Source: Thiotrichales bacterium (GTDB lineage: Bacteria > Pseudomonadota > Gammaproteobacteria > Francisellales > CACEW01). Taken from it: a DNA stretch of 64,000 bases. Both the position numbers and the translations under genes were made by a program. Shown here piece after piece: positions 18,651-29,556 of this stretch. The DNA lies in the NCBI GenBank assembly GCA_947478525.1, contig CANJVU010000002.1, positions 24,873 through 88,872 of the forward strand. The letters are read 5' to 3'. Numbering within the stretch: position 1 is the first letter of the stretch; the number at the start of each line of letters is the position of its first letter. The notes under the pieces are model-generated. The model was not told where the DNA came from and made no database searches. It was given only the letters and a program-made list of their open reading frames with translations.

Positions 18651-19370
18651 TTAGGGGATGTAATACATGAAATTGGGGTATTTAAAAGTTTGCTCGCTAT
18701 ACCCGCCAGCCAGGTCGCTGTATTGGTCGCCGACATTTATCACAATGTCATAACCGGCGTCAGCAATTTTGCTGCGCATGCTACTCTTAAAGGGAATGGC
18801 TGAGGTGTGTAGAAATTTACCATCGCGTAAGAACAGCACACAAGTATTGCTGAACGTTTTATTTTCACAATTCTGTGTTGAATTTGCGGCGGTTGTGTAA
18901 CCGGCGTTGACCAGATTTTTTACGGTATAAGAACGCTGGTTTTCAGATCTACCGGAAATGAAAAATACGGTAACACCATGGTTAATGGCGTATTGATATA
19001 AATGTAAGGAGGGCTCTATCACCGGATCATGGGCTTTCGCTTGACCCACGACAAAATCAGCAGATGCGCCACCAAATCCTTCTGCGACCATGTCTTGGTA
19101 ATTAGAAAGTGCGGTTTCGTCAATGTCAAACACCATGGCGAGCTTTTTTTGCGGAGCCAGTTTTTGGTTTTGCTTGACCCGTTGTGCCAAATATTGTTGT
19201 GCGTTATTTTCTATTTTTTGAATATCATAAAGATAAGCGCCATCCTCATGGTATTTAACAATTTCAGCTTTCAAGGTGTCTAGATTCATAGGTGGGGTGA
19301 TATCATCTGCAAAAGCGGCAGTTGAAATAAATAATGCTGCTGCGATGGTGGTGGTGAGTAATTTTATCAT
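18651..19370 (-). CDS. Secreted HAD subfamily IIIB acid phosphatase
   Basis: Signal peptide; [25 protein letters not shown] and PNFMYY. Confidence 0.9.
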   Translation of the reverse strand: MIKLLTTTIAAALFISTAAFADDITPPMNLDTLKAEIVKYHEDGAYLYDIQKIENNAQQYLAQRVKQNQKLAPQKKLAMVFDIDETALSNYQDMVAEGFGGASADFVVGQAKAHDPVIEPSLHLYQYAINHGVTVFFISGRSENQRSYTVKNLVNAGYTTAANSTQNCENKTFSNTCVLFLRDGKFLHTSAIPFKSSMRSKIADAGYDIVINVGDQYSDLAGGYSEQTFKYPNFMYYIP

Positions 19371-19461
19371 TCTGGTTTCTCCTGAGTCGTGGATAGATGA
19401 AAGCGTTGCAATAACTTGCTACAATGTTACCTGAATTCAAATCATTGTTCCAAGGGAATCC

Positions 19462-20079
19462 ATGACTAAAATCAAGATTTGTGGCATTACGCGTCCGCAA
19501 GATGCATTAGCTGTCGCTGCTGCCGGTGCGGATGCGATGGGGTTGGTATTCTACGCCAACAGTTCGCGTTATGTGTCGGTCGAACAAGCACAAGCAATCG
19601 TTCAAGTCTTGCCACCGTTTATCAGCAGCGTTGGATTGTTTGTTAATCCAGCCCCCGAATATGTTAAGCAAGTCTTAGCGCAAGTGCCATTGAGTTGTCT
19701 GCAGTTTCATGGCCAAGAAACCGATGAATTCTGTCAGCAATTTGGCAAGCCGTATCTGAAAGCGATTCATGTGCGCGAAGATTCTGATGTTGCCGCAATG
19801 ATCGCGCATTACCCCAAGTGTTGTGGTATCTTGCTCGACACGTATGTTGAAGGCTCAGCGGGGGGTAATGGGCTGAAGTTTAATTGGCATAAAATGCCGC
19901 AACAGTCTACCAAACCCATTATCTTGGCCGGTGGTTTAACATCGGAAAATGTAGCAGAAGCCATTGCTTTAACCAGGCCTTACGCGGTGGATGTCAGCAG
20001 CGGAGTGGAAAGCGCGCCGGGGATTAAATCCGTCGAAAAAATTAATGCATTTTGTCAGCAGGTAAAAACATGTCAGTAG
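19462..20079 (+). CDS. trpF: Phosphoribosylanthranilate isomerase
   Basis: KIKICGIT, QFHGQE, ILAGGL and DVSSGVE..PG.K. Confidence 0.95.
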   Translation: MTKIKICGITRPQDALAVAAAGADAMGLVFYANSSRYVSVEQAQAIVQVLPPFISSVGLFVNPAPEYVKQVLAQVPLSCLQFHGQETDEFCQQFGKPYLKAIHVREDSDVAAMIAHYPKCCGILLDTYVEGSAGGNGLKFNWHKMPQQSTKPIILAGGLTSENVAEAIALTRPYAVDVSSGVESAPGIKSVEKINAFCQQVKTCQ

Positions 20080-20951
20080 CAGCAGACCATATTCAACGTT
20101 TTATGTTTGATAACCATGCCGTACGCGGGCAGATTGTGCGCTTGTCGCATAGCTTTCAGCAAATTATGGAGCAGCATCATTATCCCAAAGAAATTCATCG
20201 TTTGTTGGGAGAATCGTTATTGGCAGTAACGTTATTGCATGGTATGTCTAAAACTCCGGGGCGCTTGACCTTACAATTCCAAGGCGATGGTGATTTGCAA
20301 TTGTTGTCAGTGCGTTGTACCCATGACTTCACCATTCGGGGGGTTGCGAAATGGACCGGCATTTTGCCCAGTACGCAGAAATTATCAGACGCCTTAGGTC
20401 AAGGCCATTTAGTGATTACCTTTGAACCAGAGCATCAAGGTCAGCGCTATCAAAGTATTATCGCGGCAGAAAGTGGTTCAATTGCTGAAACGCTAGAGTC
20501 GTATTTTGCACAATCCGAGCAATTGCCGACGCGATTGATTTTCGCCATTGACGATTCCTCTGCGGTTGGTATGATGCTGCAAGTATTGCCCGATAACCAA
20601 GAACAGCGTGATTTGAGTTGGGATCATGTGGTTGCGCTGGCCAATACGCTGAAACCCGAAGAATTACTAACCACCGATAATGCAACTCTGTTGCATCGGT
20701 TATATCATCAAGAGGACGTGCGTGTGTTTGAAGAAAGTCAGATTCGGTTTGGTTGTGGCTGCTCGGTTGAAAAAATGGAAAATGCTATTGCCCTGTCAGA
20801 TCGTGAAGAAATTGAATCGTTGCTCGATGAAAATGCCTATGTCGAAGTCATCTGTGATTTCTGTGGTAATCAATATCGCTTTGATGAAGAAGAAGTGGAT
20901 GATATTTTGGGTCGCGGTGAATCAGGCTTTGGGTCTAATGCCATTCATTAA
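20070..20951 (+). CDS. hslO: Redox-regulated chaperone Hsp33
   Basis: YFAQSEQLPT, L.RLYHQE and C-terminal CGCS...CDFC zinc motif. Confidence 0.95.
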   Translation: MSVAADHIQRFMFDNHAVRGQIVRLSHSFQQIMEQHHYPKEIHRLLGESLLAVTLLHGMSKTPGRLTLQFQGDGDLQLLSVRCTHDFTIRGVAKWTGILPSTQKLSDALGQGHLVITFEPEHQGQRYQSIIAAESGSIAETLESYFAQSEQLPTRLIFAIDDSSAVGMMLQVLPDNQEQRDLSWDHVVALANTLKPEELLTTDNATLLHRLYHQEDVRVFEESQIRFGCGCSVEKMENAIALSDREEIESLLDENAYVEVICDFCGNQYRFDEEEVDDILGRGESGFGSNAIH

Positions 20952-22151
20952 TGCTAATATTGCCACGCTCACAAAAATCCAGGGGATCCACCCTAGGCCA
21001 CTCAAATAAGCGACGGTGTTAAGTGCGTGGTTGTGTTGATAGCCGACTTCTACCAAATAACCAATGGCGGTATGGGTAATCGCGACAATACCCATAATGA
21101 CCATATTTGTTGCAGCAATGCCAACGCCGCTTAAATTCGGTGGGCAGAGTGTATTAAATTGTTTCCATACCATGACTTGTGCGCTGGAGCATAAACCAAA
21201 TAACAAGGCAGCAATAAATAAGCCGTGCTGTAGCCAGGTGCTGTCAAGCAGCATCAGTGCCGAAATTCCTGCCGCAAGTATTGCAGGCAGTGCTGTTAGT
21301 AAGCGAGTGTGGTGTAATCGACCACCAAAAAAACCAATCATTGGAGCGCCAATTGCCCAGCCTAAAAAAATCAAGAAAATGACGCTGGAAGCCTGTGGCG
21401 TCGAGAGGTGATAGCTGCTTTTGAAAAACGAAATACCCCAGACGGCAGTAAGCAGCGAAGTGGGTAAATAAAATAAACCCCCAATTACGCCATTCATTAA
21501 AAAACGCCAGCGTAACAGCAATTGCAGCAGTTGTTTGATGAGTGTCCAATAGGAGTGGCGTTGATACAATAGGGGGCGATGTGTCGATAATTGACTGGGC
21601 ATCATTAGTAACAAACCCGCAACGATAAATCCCCAAATGCTGAACAAACCAATCACGGTTTGCCAGGAAAGCCATTGAATCAGCCAGGCATTGAGGGTTT
21701 GAATAATCGATGCTGCCAAGGTACCGGCTGCAATGGTAATGCCAGAGACCATGCTGAACCATTTATCATCCAAGTACATGCGCGCAATGTACAACACCGC
21801 AATAAATGAACAGGCGGAAGTGGCGCCCAAGATAAAGCGTAGCAAGATACCCAGCCAAAATTGATCGGCAATAATAAACCCCAAAAATGATAAGGTGCAT
21901 AATGTTATCAAAATAATAACCGGGTATTTAATTTCATGTCGGTCGAGCAATACGCCACAGGGGAGTTGAAATATCACGTAACCTATGTAAAACACCGATG
22001 CGAATAAACCGATGCCCATTGGGTCAGTATGGTACTGCGCCATCAACTGCGGCAAAATCAAGCTGGGGCTGATGCGAAAGAAATAGTCGAGGCAATAAAA
22101 CCCGATGGTGAGCAATAAAGTGAAATAAATAATGAAGCGTTGATAAGTCAT
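20922..22151 (-). CDS. MFS transporter
   Basis: About 12 hydrophobic helices; QLPCGVLLDRH loop motif and LRFILG. Confidence 0.9.
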   Translation of the reverse strand: MTYQRFIIYFTLLLTIGFYCLDYFFRISPSLILPQLMAQYHTDPMGIGLFASVFYIGYVIFQLPCGVLLDRHEIKYPVIILITLCTLSFLGFIIADQFWLGILLRFILGATSACSFIAVLYIARMYLDDKWFSMVSGITIAAGTLAASIIQTLNAWLIQWLSWQTVIGLFSIWGFIVAGLLLMMPSQLSTHRPLLYQRHSYWTLIKQLLQLLLRWRFLMNGVIGGLFYLPTSLLTAVWGISFFKSSYHLSTPQASSVIFLIFLGWAIGAPMIGFFGGRLHHTRLLTALPAILAAGISALMLLDSTWLQHGLFIAALLFGLCSSAQVMVWKQFNTLCPPNLSGVGIAATNMVIMGIVAITHTAIGYLVEVGYQHNHALNTVAYLSGLGWIPWIFVSVAILALMNGIRPKA

Positions 22152-22313
22152 AAAGTCTCTGCCATCTGCTTTTGATAACACCTTATCAGGGCTAAGCAAA
22201 AAAGCAAATATTCTTTGCTGCGAAAAAACTTAAATATATAAAAATGTTTTATAATTTTATATCTATTGTGTATGATTGTATGTAATATTTAATTTTTATT
22301 GAGGAGTGGGGTG

Positions 22314-22607
22314 ATGATGTCCGGAAGTGGGCGTTTAGAAATGACTTATGCAAAATGGAGCGAAGAAGGTAAGCCTTGCGAAACACCAATGCAAAAGCAA
22401 CGGGTTGGTTTATTAATGATTTTGGCGATTGATGCTGGAAATAATAATATCATTGCAGATGTTGTTGAAGCAGATCCTAGCGTTTTAGAGCGGCCAACCA
22501 GTATCTATTGGTGTACGCCTTTTGAATATGCTGGGCGCCAGGGTAAGCAAGATCAGCAGCAATTGTTGGTTTCATATCGAACCACTGTGCCAGCGCCTGC
22601 TGGATAA
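22314..22607 (+). CDS. Small protein with two degenerate ankyrin-like repeats
   Basis: GAGGAG RBS; LAIDAGNNNIIADVV and TPFEYAGRQGK...LLV. Confidence 0.6.
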   Translation: MMSGSGRLEMTYAKWSEEGKPCETPMQKQRVGLLMILAIDAGNNNIIADVVEADPSVLERPTSIYWCTPFEYAGRQGKQDQQQLLVSYRTTVPAPAG

Positions 22608-22693
22608 AAAATTTCTTGAACGCTTAACCAGTATCCACTTGGCATTTTCATTCAATTGCAGTACGCTATGCTGGCCTTTTACAGGAGTTTTTT

Positions 22694-23776
22694 ATGGCAC
22701 AGCGTACGGCTTTATATCAACAACATCTGGATGCTCAGGCTAAAATCGTCGATTTTGCCGGCTGGGACATGCCCTTGCATTATGGTTCTCAGTTAAATGA
22801 ACATCATATCGTACGCACATCCGCAGGCATGTTTGATGTGTCGCATATGGTCGTGGTTGATGTTGAAGGCGCGCAGGCACAAGCGTTTCTTTGCTATTTA
22901 TTGGCAAATGATGTGAGCAAGCTTAAATTAGGCCAGGCCTTGTACGGTTGTATGCTTAAGCCTGATGGTGGCATTATCGATGATTTAATTACCTATTTTT
23001 GCGCCGAAAACCGTTATCGTGTGGTGGTGAATGCCGGCACCCGTGACAAAGATTTAGCGTGGATTAATCAGCATGCTAAAGCCTTTGAGGTCAAGATTAC
23101 TCAGCGTAGTGATTTGTCGATTGTGGCAGTACAAGGTCCTGAGGCGCGAGCCAAAGTTGCTGCGCTGTTGCCTGCAGAATGTCGTGATGCTGCACTCGCA
23201 TTGAAGCCCTTTTACGCCGTGGCACACCAGGATTATTTTATCGGTCGTACGGGATATACCGGCGAAGATGGATTTGAAATCATAGTGCCACATGCGGTTG
23301 CATTAACCTTGTGGGAAAAACTACTCGAGCAGGGCGTTAAACCCTGCGGCTTGGGTGCGCGCGATACCCTGCGTTTGGAGGCCGGTATGAATTTGTACGG
23401 CACTGATATGGATGAATCGATATCCCCATTAGAGTGTGGGTTAACGTGGACCGTTGATTTTAAAAATCCATCCCGCGATTTTATCGGCCGCAAAGCATTG
23501 GAGCAACAATTGGCTAATGGCTTAAAATGGCAGATGGTTGGCTTGGTAATGACCGAAAAAGGTGTGTTGCGCGGCCATCAAACCGTGATGACTAACCAAG
23601 GCGAAGGCATCACCACCAGCGGTACGTTTTCACCGACGTTGGGTTATGCGGTTGCCTTGGCGAAAATTCCCGTAAATGTCAGCGGTGATGTTACCGTCGA
23701 TATTCGCGGCAAAGCGATGCCGGTGAAGATCGTCAAACCACCGTTTGTGCGTCACGGCAAAAAAGTATTTGAATAA
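22694..23776 (+). CDS. gcvT: Glycine cleavage system T protein
   Basis: [26 protein letters not shown] and [13 protein letters not shown]. Confidence 0.97.
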   Translation: MAQRTALYQQHLDAQAKIVDFAGWDMPLHYGSQLNEHHIVRTSAGMFDVSHMVVVDVEGAQAQAFLCYLLANDVSKLKLGQALYGCMLKPDGGIIDDLITYFCAENRYRVVVNAGTRDKDLAWINQHAKAFEVKITQRSDLSIVAVQGPEARAKVAALLPAECRDAALALKPFYAVAHQDYFIGRTGYTGEDGFEIIVPHAVALTLWEKLLEQGVKPCGLGARDTLRLEAGMNLYGTDMDESISPLECGLTWTVDFKNPSRDFIGRKALEQQLANGLKWQMVGLVMTEKGVLRGHQTVMTNQGEGITTSGTFSPTLGYAVALAKIPVNVSGDVTVDIRGKAMPVKIVKPPFVRHGKKVFE

Positions 23777-23796
23777 CAGTTAATAAAGGAGATCCC

Positions 23797-24180
23797 ATGA
23801 GCGAAGTCAATCAAACCGTTAAATATCTACCCAGCCACGAATGGGCGCGCCAAGAAGGCAACCTGATCGTCGTCGGCATTTCCGATCACGCCCAAAGCTT
23901 ATTGGGTGATTTGGTCTATGTTGAATTACCGGCGGTTGGCAAAAAAGTCACCAAAGGCGGGGAAGTCAGCGTTGTCGAGTCCGTTAAAGCCGCATCTGAT
24001 GTCTATTCACCCGTGACTGGCGAAGTGGTTGAAGTGAATAAAGCCTTAGAAGGCTCACCAGAATTGGTCAACGCTGAACCTTATGGCCAAGGCTGGATTT
24101 GCAAAATTAAACCGAGTGATGTTACAGAATTGGCGACGTTGTTAACACCAGCACAGTATCAAAAAGAAATCGACGGCTAG
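23797..24180 (+). CDS. gcvH: Glycine cleavage system H protein
   Basis: VESVKAASD lipoyl-lysine motif. Confidence 0.97.
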   Translation: MSEVNQTVKYLPSHEWARQEGNLIVVGISDHAQSLLGDLVYVELPAVGKKVTKGGEVSVVESVKAASDVYSPVTGEVVEVNKALEGSPELVNAEPYGQGWICKIKPSDVTELATLLTPAQYQKEIDG

Positions 24181-24189
24181 GAGTCTTTC

Positions 24190-25542
24190 ATGTCATTCAC
24201 CCCGCACACCCAAACCGAAATCAAAGCGATGCTCGACACCATCGGCGTGAGTTCTGTCGATCAACTGTTTGAAGAAATCCCTGCCAATGTCCGCGCCAAA
24301 GAGATGACGGGCATTCCTCAAGGTATCAACGAAGCCGCGATGAGTCGTTTGATGCAAGCCCTGGCGAAACAAGATGAAGTGAAGTTAAACTTTATCGGCG
24401 CCGGGTGTTATCAGCATCATATCCCTGCGGCGGTGTGGGACGTGGTCAGCCGTGGTGAATTTATGACGGCCTATACGCCTTATCAAGCCGAAGCCAGTCA
24501 GGGTACGCTGCAGTTGATTTATGAATATCAAACCATGATGACCAGCTTGATGTCGATGGATGTGTCCAATGCGTCGCTGTATGAAGGCGCCAGCAGTTTG
24601 GCCGAAGCCGTACTGATGGCGGTGCGGGCGAACAAAGATTCACAGTCTAAGCGCGTATTGATCGCCGGTGAAATATCGCCGGTGTATGTGGACACGGTTA
24701 ATACCATTGTCAAAAATCAAGGTGTAACGTTGGAGTCTGTGCGTTTTGGTATGACCTCTGATGAGGCGTGTCTGAAAAAATTTTCTGTCTATGATGGGCA
24801 AGATTTTGCGGCAGTGATTATCGCCCAACCCAATTTCTTGGGGCGTATTCAAACCGTCGACGCGTTGACCGACTGGGCGCATCAACAAAAAGCCCTGGTG
24901 ATTGGTCTGGTCAATCCGATGGCAATGGCATTATTAAAACCGCCAGGTCAATGGGGTGCGAAGGGCGCAGATATTGCCTGTGGTGAAGGGCAACCGTTGG
25001 GCATTCCGATGGCTTCCGGTGGTCCCTATTTTGGCTTTATGTGTTGCAAACAAGAAATTGTGCGCCAAATGCCCGGTCGGATTATTGGTCGCACGGTGGA
25101 TCAAGACGGCAAAACCGGATTTTGCTTGACGCTGCAAGCGCGTGAGCAGCATATTCGCCGTGCCAAAGCGACCTCTAATATTTGCACCAATCAAGGCCTG
25201 TTGGCTACCGCGGCAACCATTTACATGAGCTTGATGGGGCCTGAAGGGTTGAAAAGGGTGGCGGCACAGTCTCATGCCAATACGCGTTTATTGGCGCAAA
25301 AATTGGCCAAAATCAGTGGCGTGAAAGTATTATCAACCCAGCCGTATTTTCATGAAATCGTGGTGCAGCTGTCCAAACCTGTATCAACGGTATTAGATAA
25401 ACTTGCGGAACAAGGCATTCAAGCGGGGTATGATTTGACGACAAGATTTCCTGAGTTGGATAATGCGTTATTAATCTGCGCAACAGAAATTCACACCGAA
25501 GAAGATATGGATCAATTGGTACAAGGATTGGCATCATGTTAA
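24190..25542 (+). CDS. gcvPA: Glycine dehydrogenase subunit 1
   Basis: [11 protein letters not shown] and [18 protein letters not shown]. Confidence 0.97.
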   Translation: MSFTPHTQTEIKAMLDTIGVSSVDQLFEEIPANVRAKEMTGIPQGINEAAMSRLMQALAKQDEVKLNFIGAGCYQHHIPAAVWDVVSRGEFMTAYTPYQAEASQGTLQLIYEYQTMMTSLMSMDVSNASLYEGASSLAEAVLMAVRANKDSQSKRVLIAGEISPVYVDTVNTIVKNQGVTLESVRFGMTSDEACLKKFSVYDGQDFAAVIIAQPNFLGRIQTVDALTDWAHQQKALVIGLVNPMAMALLKPPGQWGAKGADIACGEGQPLGIPMASGGPYFGFMCCKQEIVRQMPGRIIGRTVDQDGKTGFCLTLQAREQHIRRAKATSNICTNQGLLATAATIYMSLMGPEGLKRVAAQSHANTRLLAQKLAKISGVKVLSTQPYFHEIVVQLSKPVSTVLDKLAEQGIQAGYDLTTRFPELDNALLICATEIHTEEDMDQLVQGLASC

Positions 25543-26984
25543 TTTTCGAAAAATCTCACGCTGGTTGTTATGCTTTTGCGCAAGCGCCACAAACCATGGC
25601 AGATGTCAGCGACTTGCCCGCAGCGCAGTTACGTCAAGACAAACCGTTGTTGCCCGAAGTGTCTGAGCTCGAAGTGATTCGTCACTACACGCGACTGTCG
25701 CAAAAGAATTTTTCGATCGATACCCATTTTTATCCGCTGGGCTCTTGTACCATGAAGTATAATCCACGCGGAGCGCATCGGTTGGCGTCATTGCCAGGGT
25801 TGCTTCAGCGTCATCCGTACGCGCATATTCGTAACAGCCAAGGGTTTTTGCATTGCCTGTATGAGTTGCAAGAATTAATCAAACATTTGACAGGGATGCG
25901 TGGCGTCTCTCTTTCTCCGATGGCGGGCGCGCAAGGCGAATTTGCCGGTGTGGCAATGATTCGTGCGTACCATCAGGCGCGGGGCGATCATGAGCGTACT
26001 GAAATCATTGCCCCCGATGCGGCGCATGGCACCAACCCGGCCACTGCCGCAATGTGTGGCTGTACGGTAAAAGAAATTCCCACCAAACCCGATGGTGATA
26101 TCGATATGGACGCGTTAAAGGCCGCATTAGGCCCCAAAACGGCGGGCATTATGTTGACCAACCCCTGTACGCTGGGTGTGTTTGAGCGCAACATCAAAGT
26201 GGTTGCGGATATGGTGCATGAAGCGGGTGGCTTATTGTATTACGACGGTGCAAATTTAAATGCCATTATGGGCAAAGCGCGTCCGGGTGATATGGGTTTT
26301 GATGTGTTGCATATGAATTTGCATAAAACCTTCGCCACGCCGCATGGTGGCGGTGGGCCTGGTGCAGGGCCAGTGGCAGTAGGCGAGCGCCTGTTGCCTT
26401 ATTTGCCGGTACCGTTTGTGCAACAGCACAATAACCAATATCAGTGGGTCACTGAAAAAGAATTGCCCACGACAATGGGGCGCTTGTCAGCCTTTATGGG
26501 CAACGCGGGTATCCTGGTGCGCGCGTTTATTTATGGTCGCATGCTCGGTCGTCAAGGTTTGGTTAATGCCTCCGAAATGGCGGTTCTTAATGCCAACTAT
26601 TTGATGAAGCGCTTGGAAAAAGTAGGGTATAGCTTAGCCATTCCCAGTCGCCGCGCCAGTCACGAATTTATTGTGACGTTGAAAAAAGAACATCATGATT
26701 ACCATATCAGTGCGTTAGACGTGGCCAAGTCTTTGTTGGATTATGGTATTCACGCGCCGACCATGTACTTCCCGCTGATCGTGCCAGAGTGTTTGCTGAT
26801 TGAGCCCACTGAAACAGAGTCCAAACAAACGTTGGATCATTTTGTTGAAGTGATGGCAAAGATTTTGGAAACCGCAAAAACAGATCCTGCTCAATTAAAA
26901 GCAGCGCCAGTGACCATGCCGGTGAAGCGATTGGACGACGTCAAAGCCGCGCGGGATTTGGATTTAAAGTATAAAATGGGTTAG
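25536..26984 (+). CDS. gcvPB: Glycine dehydrogenase subunit 2
   Basis: [11 protein letters not shown] and [18 protein letters not shown] (PLP lysine). Confidence 0.97.
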   Translation: MLIFEKSHAGCYAFAQAPQTMADVSDLPAAQLRQDKPLLPEVSELEVIRHYTRLSQKNFSIDTHFYPLGSCTMKYNPRGAHRLASLPGLLQRHPYAHIRNSQGFLHCLYELQELIKHLTGMRGVSLSPMAGAQGEFAGVAMIRAYHQARGDHERTEIIAPDAAHGTNPATAAMCGCTVKEIPTKPDGDIDMDALKAALGPKTAGIMLTNPCTLGVFERNIKVVADMVHEAGGLLYYDGANLNAIMGKARPGDMGFDVLHMNLHKTFATPHGGGGPGAGPVAVGERLLPYLPVPFVQQHNNQYQWVTEKELPTTMGRLSAFMGNAGILVRAFIYGRMLGRQGLVNASEMAVLNANYLMKRLEKVGYSLAIPSRRASHEFIVTLKKEHHDYHISALDVAKSLLDYGIHAPTMYFPLIVPECLLIEPTETESKQTLDHFVEVMAKILETAKTDPAQLKAAPVTMPVKRLDDVKAARDLDLKYKMG

Positions 26985-27457
26985 GATTTTACCGGGATCA
27001 TCATGTCTGCGTTTTGCACTTTGTCCGACACGGTGTCTGATTTTTTAGTCACTGCTGGCTGTGCGGGAGTGCCTGGGATAGAGCTGACTACGACGGTTTT
27101 GGTTTGACCAGGCGCGGTTTCCCAGGCGCGGCTATAGGTTAGTTGCACGGAAGTTTGTTGTGGTGCCGCAAACATGGAAGGGTTGGCGGTAAATACAAAT
27201 ATCGCCACACCAGGAGCGCCCATCAATTTAGGGTTGCCGGGTTGAAAGTGGTAATTCACCAATTGCAGCAATTGATGGTCGTATTGAGTTACATACCATT
27301 GATATCCGGTGGTAGGGTTGCTGGGTAATTGAATGGTGAATTGGGGTTCGTTGGCAGACAAAATTACCACCGAGGGGTCTTTGGCTTTGTCGGCAAAGCC
27401 ACTGGTGGAAAGGCCAATCAGACCGATCGATAGTAGGGTAGATAATAATAGTTTCAT
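26981..27457 (-). CDS. Secreted chagasin/ICP (I42) cysteine protease inhibitor
   Basis: Signal peptide; [12 protein letters not shown] and YSRAWE loops. Confidence 0.9.
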   Translation of the reverse strand: MKLLLSTLLSIGLIGLSTSGFADKAKDPSVVILSANEPQFTIQLPSNPTTGYQWYVTQYDHQLLQLVNYHFQPGNPKLMGAPGVAIFVFTANPSMFAAPQQTSVQLTYSRAWETAPGQTKTVVVSSIPGTPAQPAVTKKSDTVSDKVQNADMMIPVKS

Positions 27458-27596
27458 GAGTATGTTCCTCTTGGGTTAGGTCATTAGTATAGGTCACTTT
27501 TTGCTAAGCGACTAGAGGGGTTAGGCAATTTTTCAAAAATCAGCTATACTCCTTCCGTTGCTTGGGTAAGCAACACTAACCAAAGGAGATTTTAAT

Positions 27597-27866
27597 ATGA
27601 AATGCGTTTCTAAAGTGCTGTGCCCGGTATTCGCTGCTATTGGTATTTTTATCGGAACGATGTACATTCACGGTGCAACGGCTGATACCACTGCTAATTG
27701 GTTAATCTTGGCTTATGGCTTGATTGGCTTTGCGGTTGGTGCGGTTATTGCTGGCATTATCAGAAATTGTTGCAAGGGCAAATGTCCTGCCAGCAAATGT
27801 GATGATGCGAGCAAAAATTGTGACACCAAAAAAGGCTGTGACGATAATAAAGGTGCCTGCCATTAA
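27597..27866 (+). CDS. Small two-helix membrane protein with Cys/Lys/Asp-rich tail
   Basis: AGGAGA RBS; tail CCKGKCPASKCDDASKNCDTKKGCDDNKGACH. Confidence 0.75.
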   Translation: MKCVSKVLCPVFAAIGIFIGTMYIHGATADTTANWLILAYGLIGFAVGAVIAGIIRNCCKGKCPASKCDDASKNCDTKKGCDDNKGACH

Positions 27867-27899
27867 TTGTACTGCTTGATTTAATCGCAGTAATTGCAT

Positions 27900-27937
27900 A
27901 AACTCCTGTTGCGTTTCTTAACAACAGGAGTTTTTTT
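27900..27937 (+). terminator. Terminator-like hairpin that contains the cyclophilin RBS
   Basis: Perfect 12-bp stem AAACTCCTGTTG/CAACAGGAGTTT, T-run, then ATG at 27938. Confidence 0.55.
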
Positions 27938-28444
27938 ATGTCTGATATTATTGCTACTCTGCATACCAGCAAAGGCGACATTCGCGTTACCTTGTTTGCA
28001 GATAAAACCCCCTACACCGTTGCCAACTTCATTAACCTAGCACAACAGGGGTTCTATAAAAACAATCAATTTCATCGCGTGATTAATGATTTTATGATTC
28101 AAGGTGGTTGCCCACTAGGCACTGGAACCGGTGGCCCTGGTTATCGTTTTGCCGATGAGTTTCACCCAGAATTAACACACAGCAAAGCTGGGATTCTCTC
28201 GATGGCCAATGCTGGTAAAAATACTAACGGCAGTCAGTTTTTTATTACGCATGGCCCTACGCCGCATTTAAACAATGCACACACGGTGTTCGGTGAAGTC
28301 GTTGATGCCAAAGACTTGGCCGTGGTTAATGCCATTAAAAAAGGCGATAAAATTACGGATATTACGGTGACGGGTGATACCAAAACCTTATTTGCCGAAA
28401 CTGCCGATGCGATTGCGGAGTGGAATAAGTTTTTGAAGAAGTAG
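27938..28444 (+). CDS. Cyclophilin-type peptidyl-prolyl isomerase
   Basis: [31 protein letters not shown] and HTVFG. Confidence 0.96.
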   Translation: MSDIIATLHTSKGDIRVTLFADKTPYTVANFINLAQQGFYKNNQFHRVINDFMIQGGCPLGTGTGGPGYRFADEFHPELTHSKAGILSMANAGKNTNGSQFFITHGPTPHLNNAHTVFGEVVDAKDLAVVNAIKKGDKITDITVTGDTKTLFAETADAIAEWNKFLKK

Positions 28445-28474
28445 CGATCAAGTTTTCTTTTGAGAGAAGAAATT

Positions 28475-28511
28475 CCCTCCTCCCTTGCGGAGGAGGGTTA
28501 GGGTGGAGGGT
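28475..28511. repeat. REP-like short palindromic element between convergent genes
   Basis: CCCTCCTCC-cttgc-GGAGGAGGG hairpin followed by TTAGGGTGGAGGG; may also act as a terminator. Confidence 0.6.
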
Positions 28512-28513
28512 AA

Positions 28514-29530
28514 TTACCCCAACGTCTTATGCGGCAAGCTTTCAATTCTGGAAGCTGCCGTAACACGCGTATAGTTCAACTTGCGTTGTAGTTCGCGAAT
28601 CGTCGCTGAACCGCCATAGGTCAAACCAGAGCGTAAGCCACCGATAATATCTGCGATCAGTGCTTCCTCGTCTTCACGATAAGGCACTTCAGTAGAAACA
28701 CCTTCAGAGGTTTTCCAGCCGGGCATTTCGCCCATAAAGTCTGCTTGTGCCTCTTGGCTCGCCATGCCACGATATGCTTTGACTCTTCGACCGTCGGGTT
28801 TGGTAATGACTTCACCTGGCGTAGGACGGGTGCCAGCAAACATACCGCCGAGCATGACAAAGTCGGCACCGAAGGCAATGGCTTTTACGATATCCCCTGG
28901 GTTGCGCATGCCACCATCTGCGACAATCGAGCGGTCTACTCGCGCACATTCTTGTATGGAAGTGAGGGTGGGTACGCCAAACCCGGTTTTAATCCGGGTG
29001 CTACACACTGAGCCGCCACCAATGCCTACCTTGAGGATATCAGCACCACAAGCTGCCAAAAAGTCAGCGCCAGCGTAGGTGGCAACGTTACCCGCCAAAA
29101 TACAATCTTCCGGCAACAGTTTGCGTAATTGTTTTAAGGTGCGTCCAACATATTTGGCGTGGGCATGAGCAACGTCGATGCAGAAGTACTGGGCGCCAGC
29201 ATCTTTTAACGCTTCGGCACGTTCTAATTCAGCATTGGAGCAGCCGATGGACACGAATACTTTATGTTTACATTTCTTATATTCAGCGATATTTTCTTCA
29301 ATACTTAAAAACCGATGTAACACGCCCATACCACCTTTGTCGCCGATAAAATTGGCCATGGCATGTTCGGTCACGGTGTCCATATTAGAAGTCAAAATCG
29401 GCAGCGTTAGCGTCAATTTGCCGCTGCGATCAGTGACCGTGGTGTCGACTAAACGACGGGATTCATAATGATTGTAGGAGGGGATTAATAACACATCATC
29501 AAAGGTAAAGGCTTCGTGGGAAAAACTCAT
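28514..29530 (-). CDS. guaC: GMP reductase (IMPDH/GMPR family, no CBS domain)
   Basis: IDVAH, KVGIGGGSVCSTR and ADGG; flap YRGMAS...SEG lacks the IMPDH RY dyad. Confidence 0.8.
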   Translation of the reverse strand: MSFSHEAFTFDDVLLIPSYNHYESRRLVDTTVTDRSGKLTLTLPILTSNMDTVTEHAMANFIGDKGGMGVLHRFLSIEENIAEYKKCKHKVFVSIGCSNAELERAEALKDAGAQYFCIDVAHAHAKYVGRTLKQLRKLLPEDCILAGNVATYAGADFLAACGADILKVGIGGGSVCSTRIKTGFGVPTLTSIQECARVDRSIVADGGMRNPGDIVKAIAFGADFVMLGGMFAGTRPTPGEVITKPDGRRVKAYRGMASQEAQADFMGEMPGWKTSEGVSTEVPYREDEEALIADIIGGLRSGLTYGGSATIRELQRKLNYTRVTAASRIESLPHKTLG

Positions 29531-29556
29531 AAATGCTCCTTGGTGTACAGTTGTCG

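Noticed and set aside
22608-22693. Glycine riboswitch upstream of gcvT
   Set aside because: Only 86 nt and lacks the GGAGA...CCGAAG aptamer core
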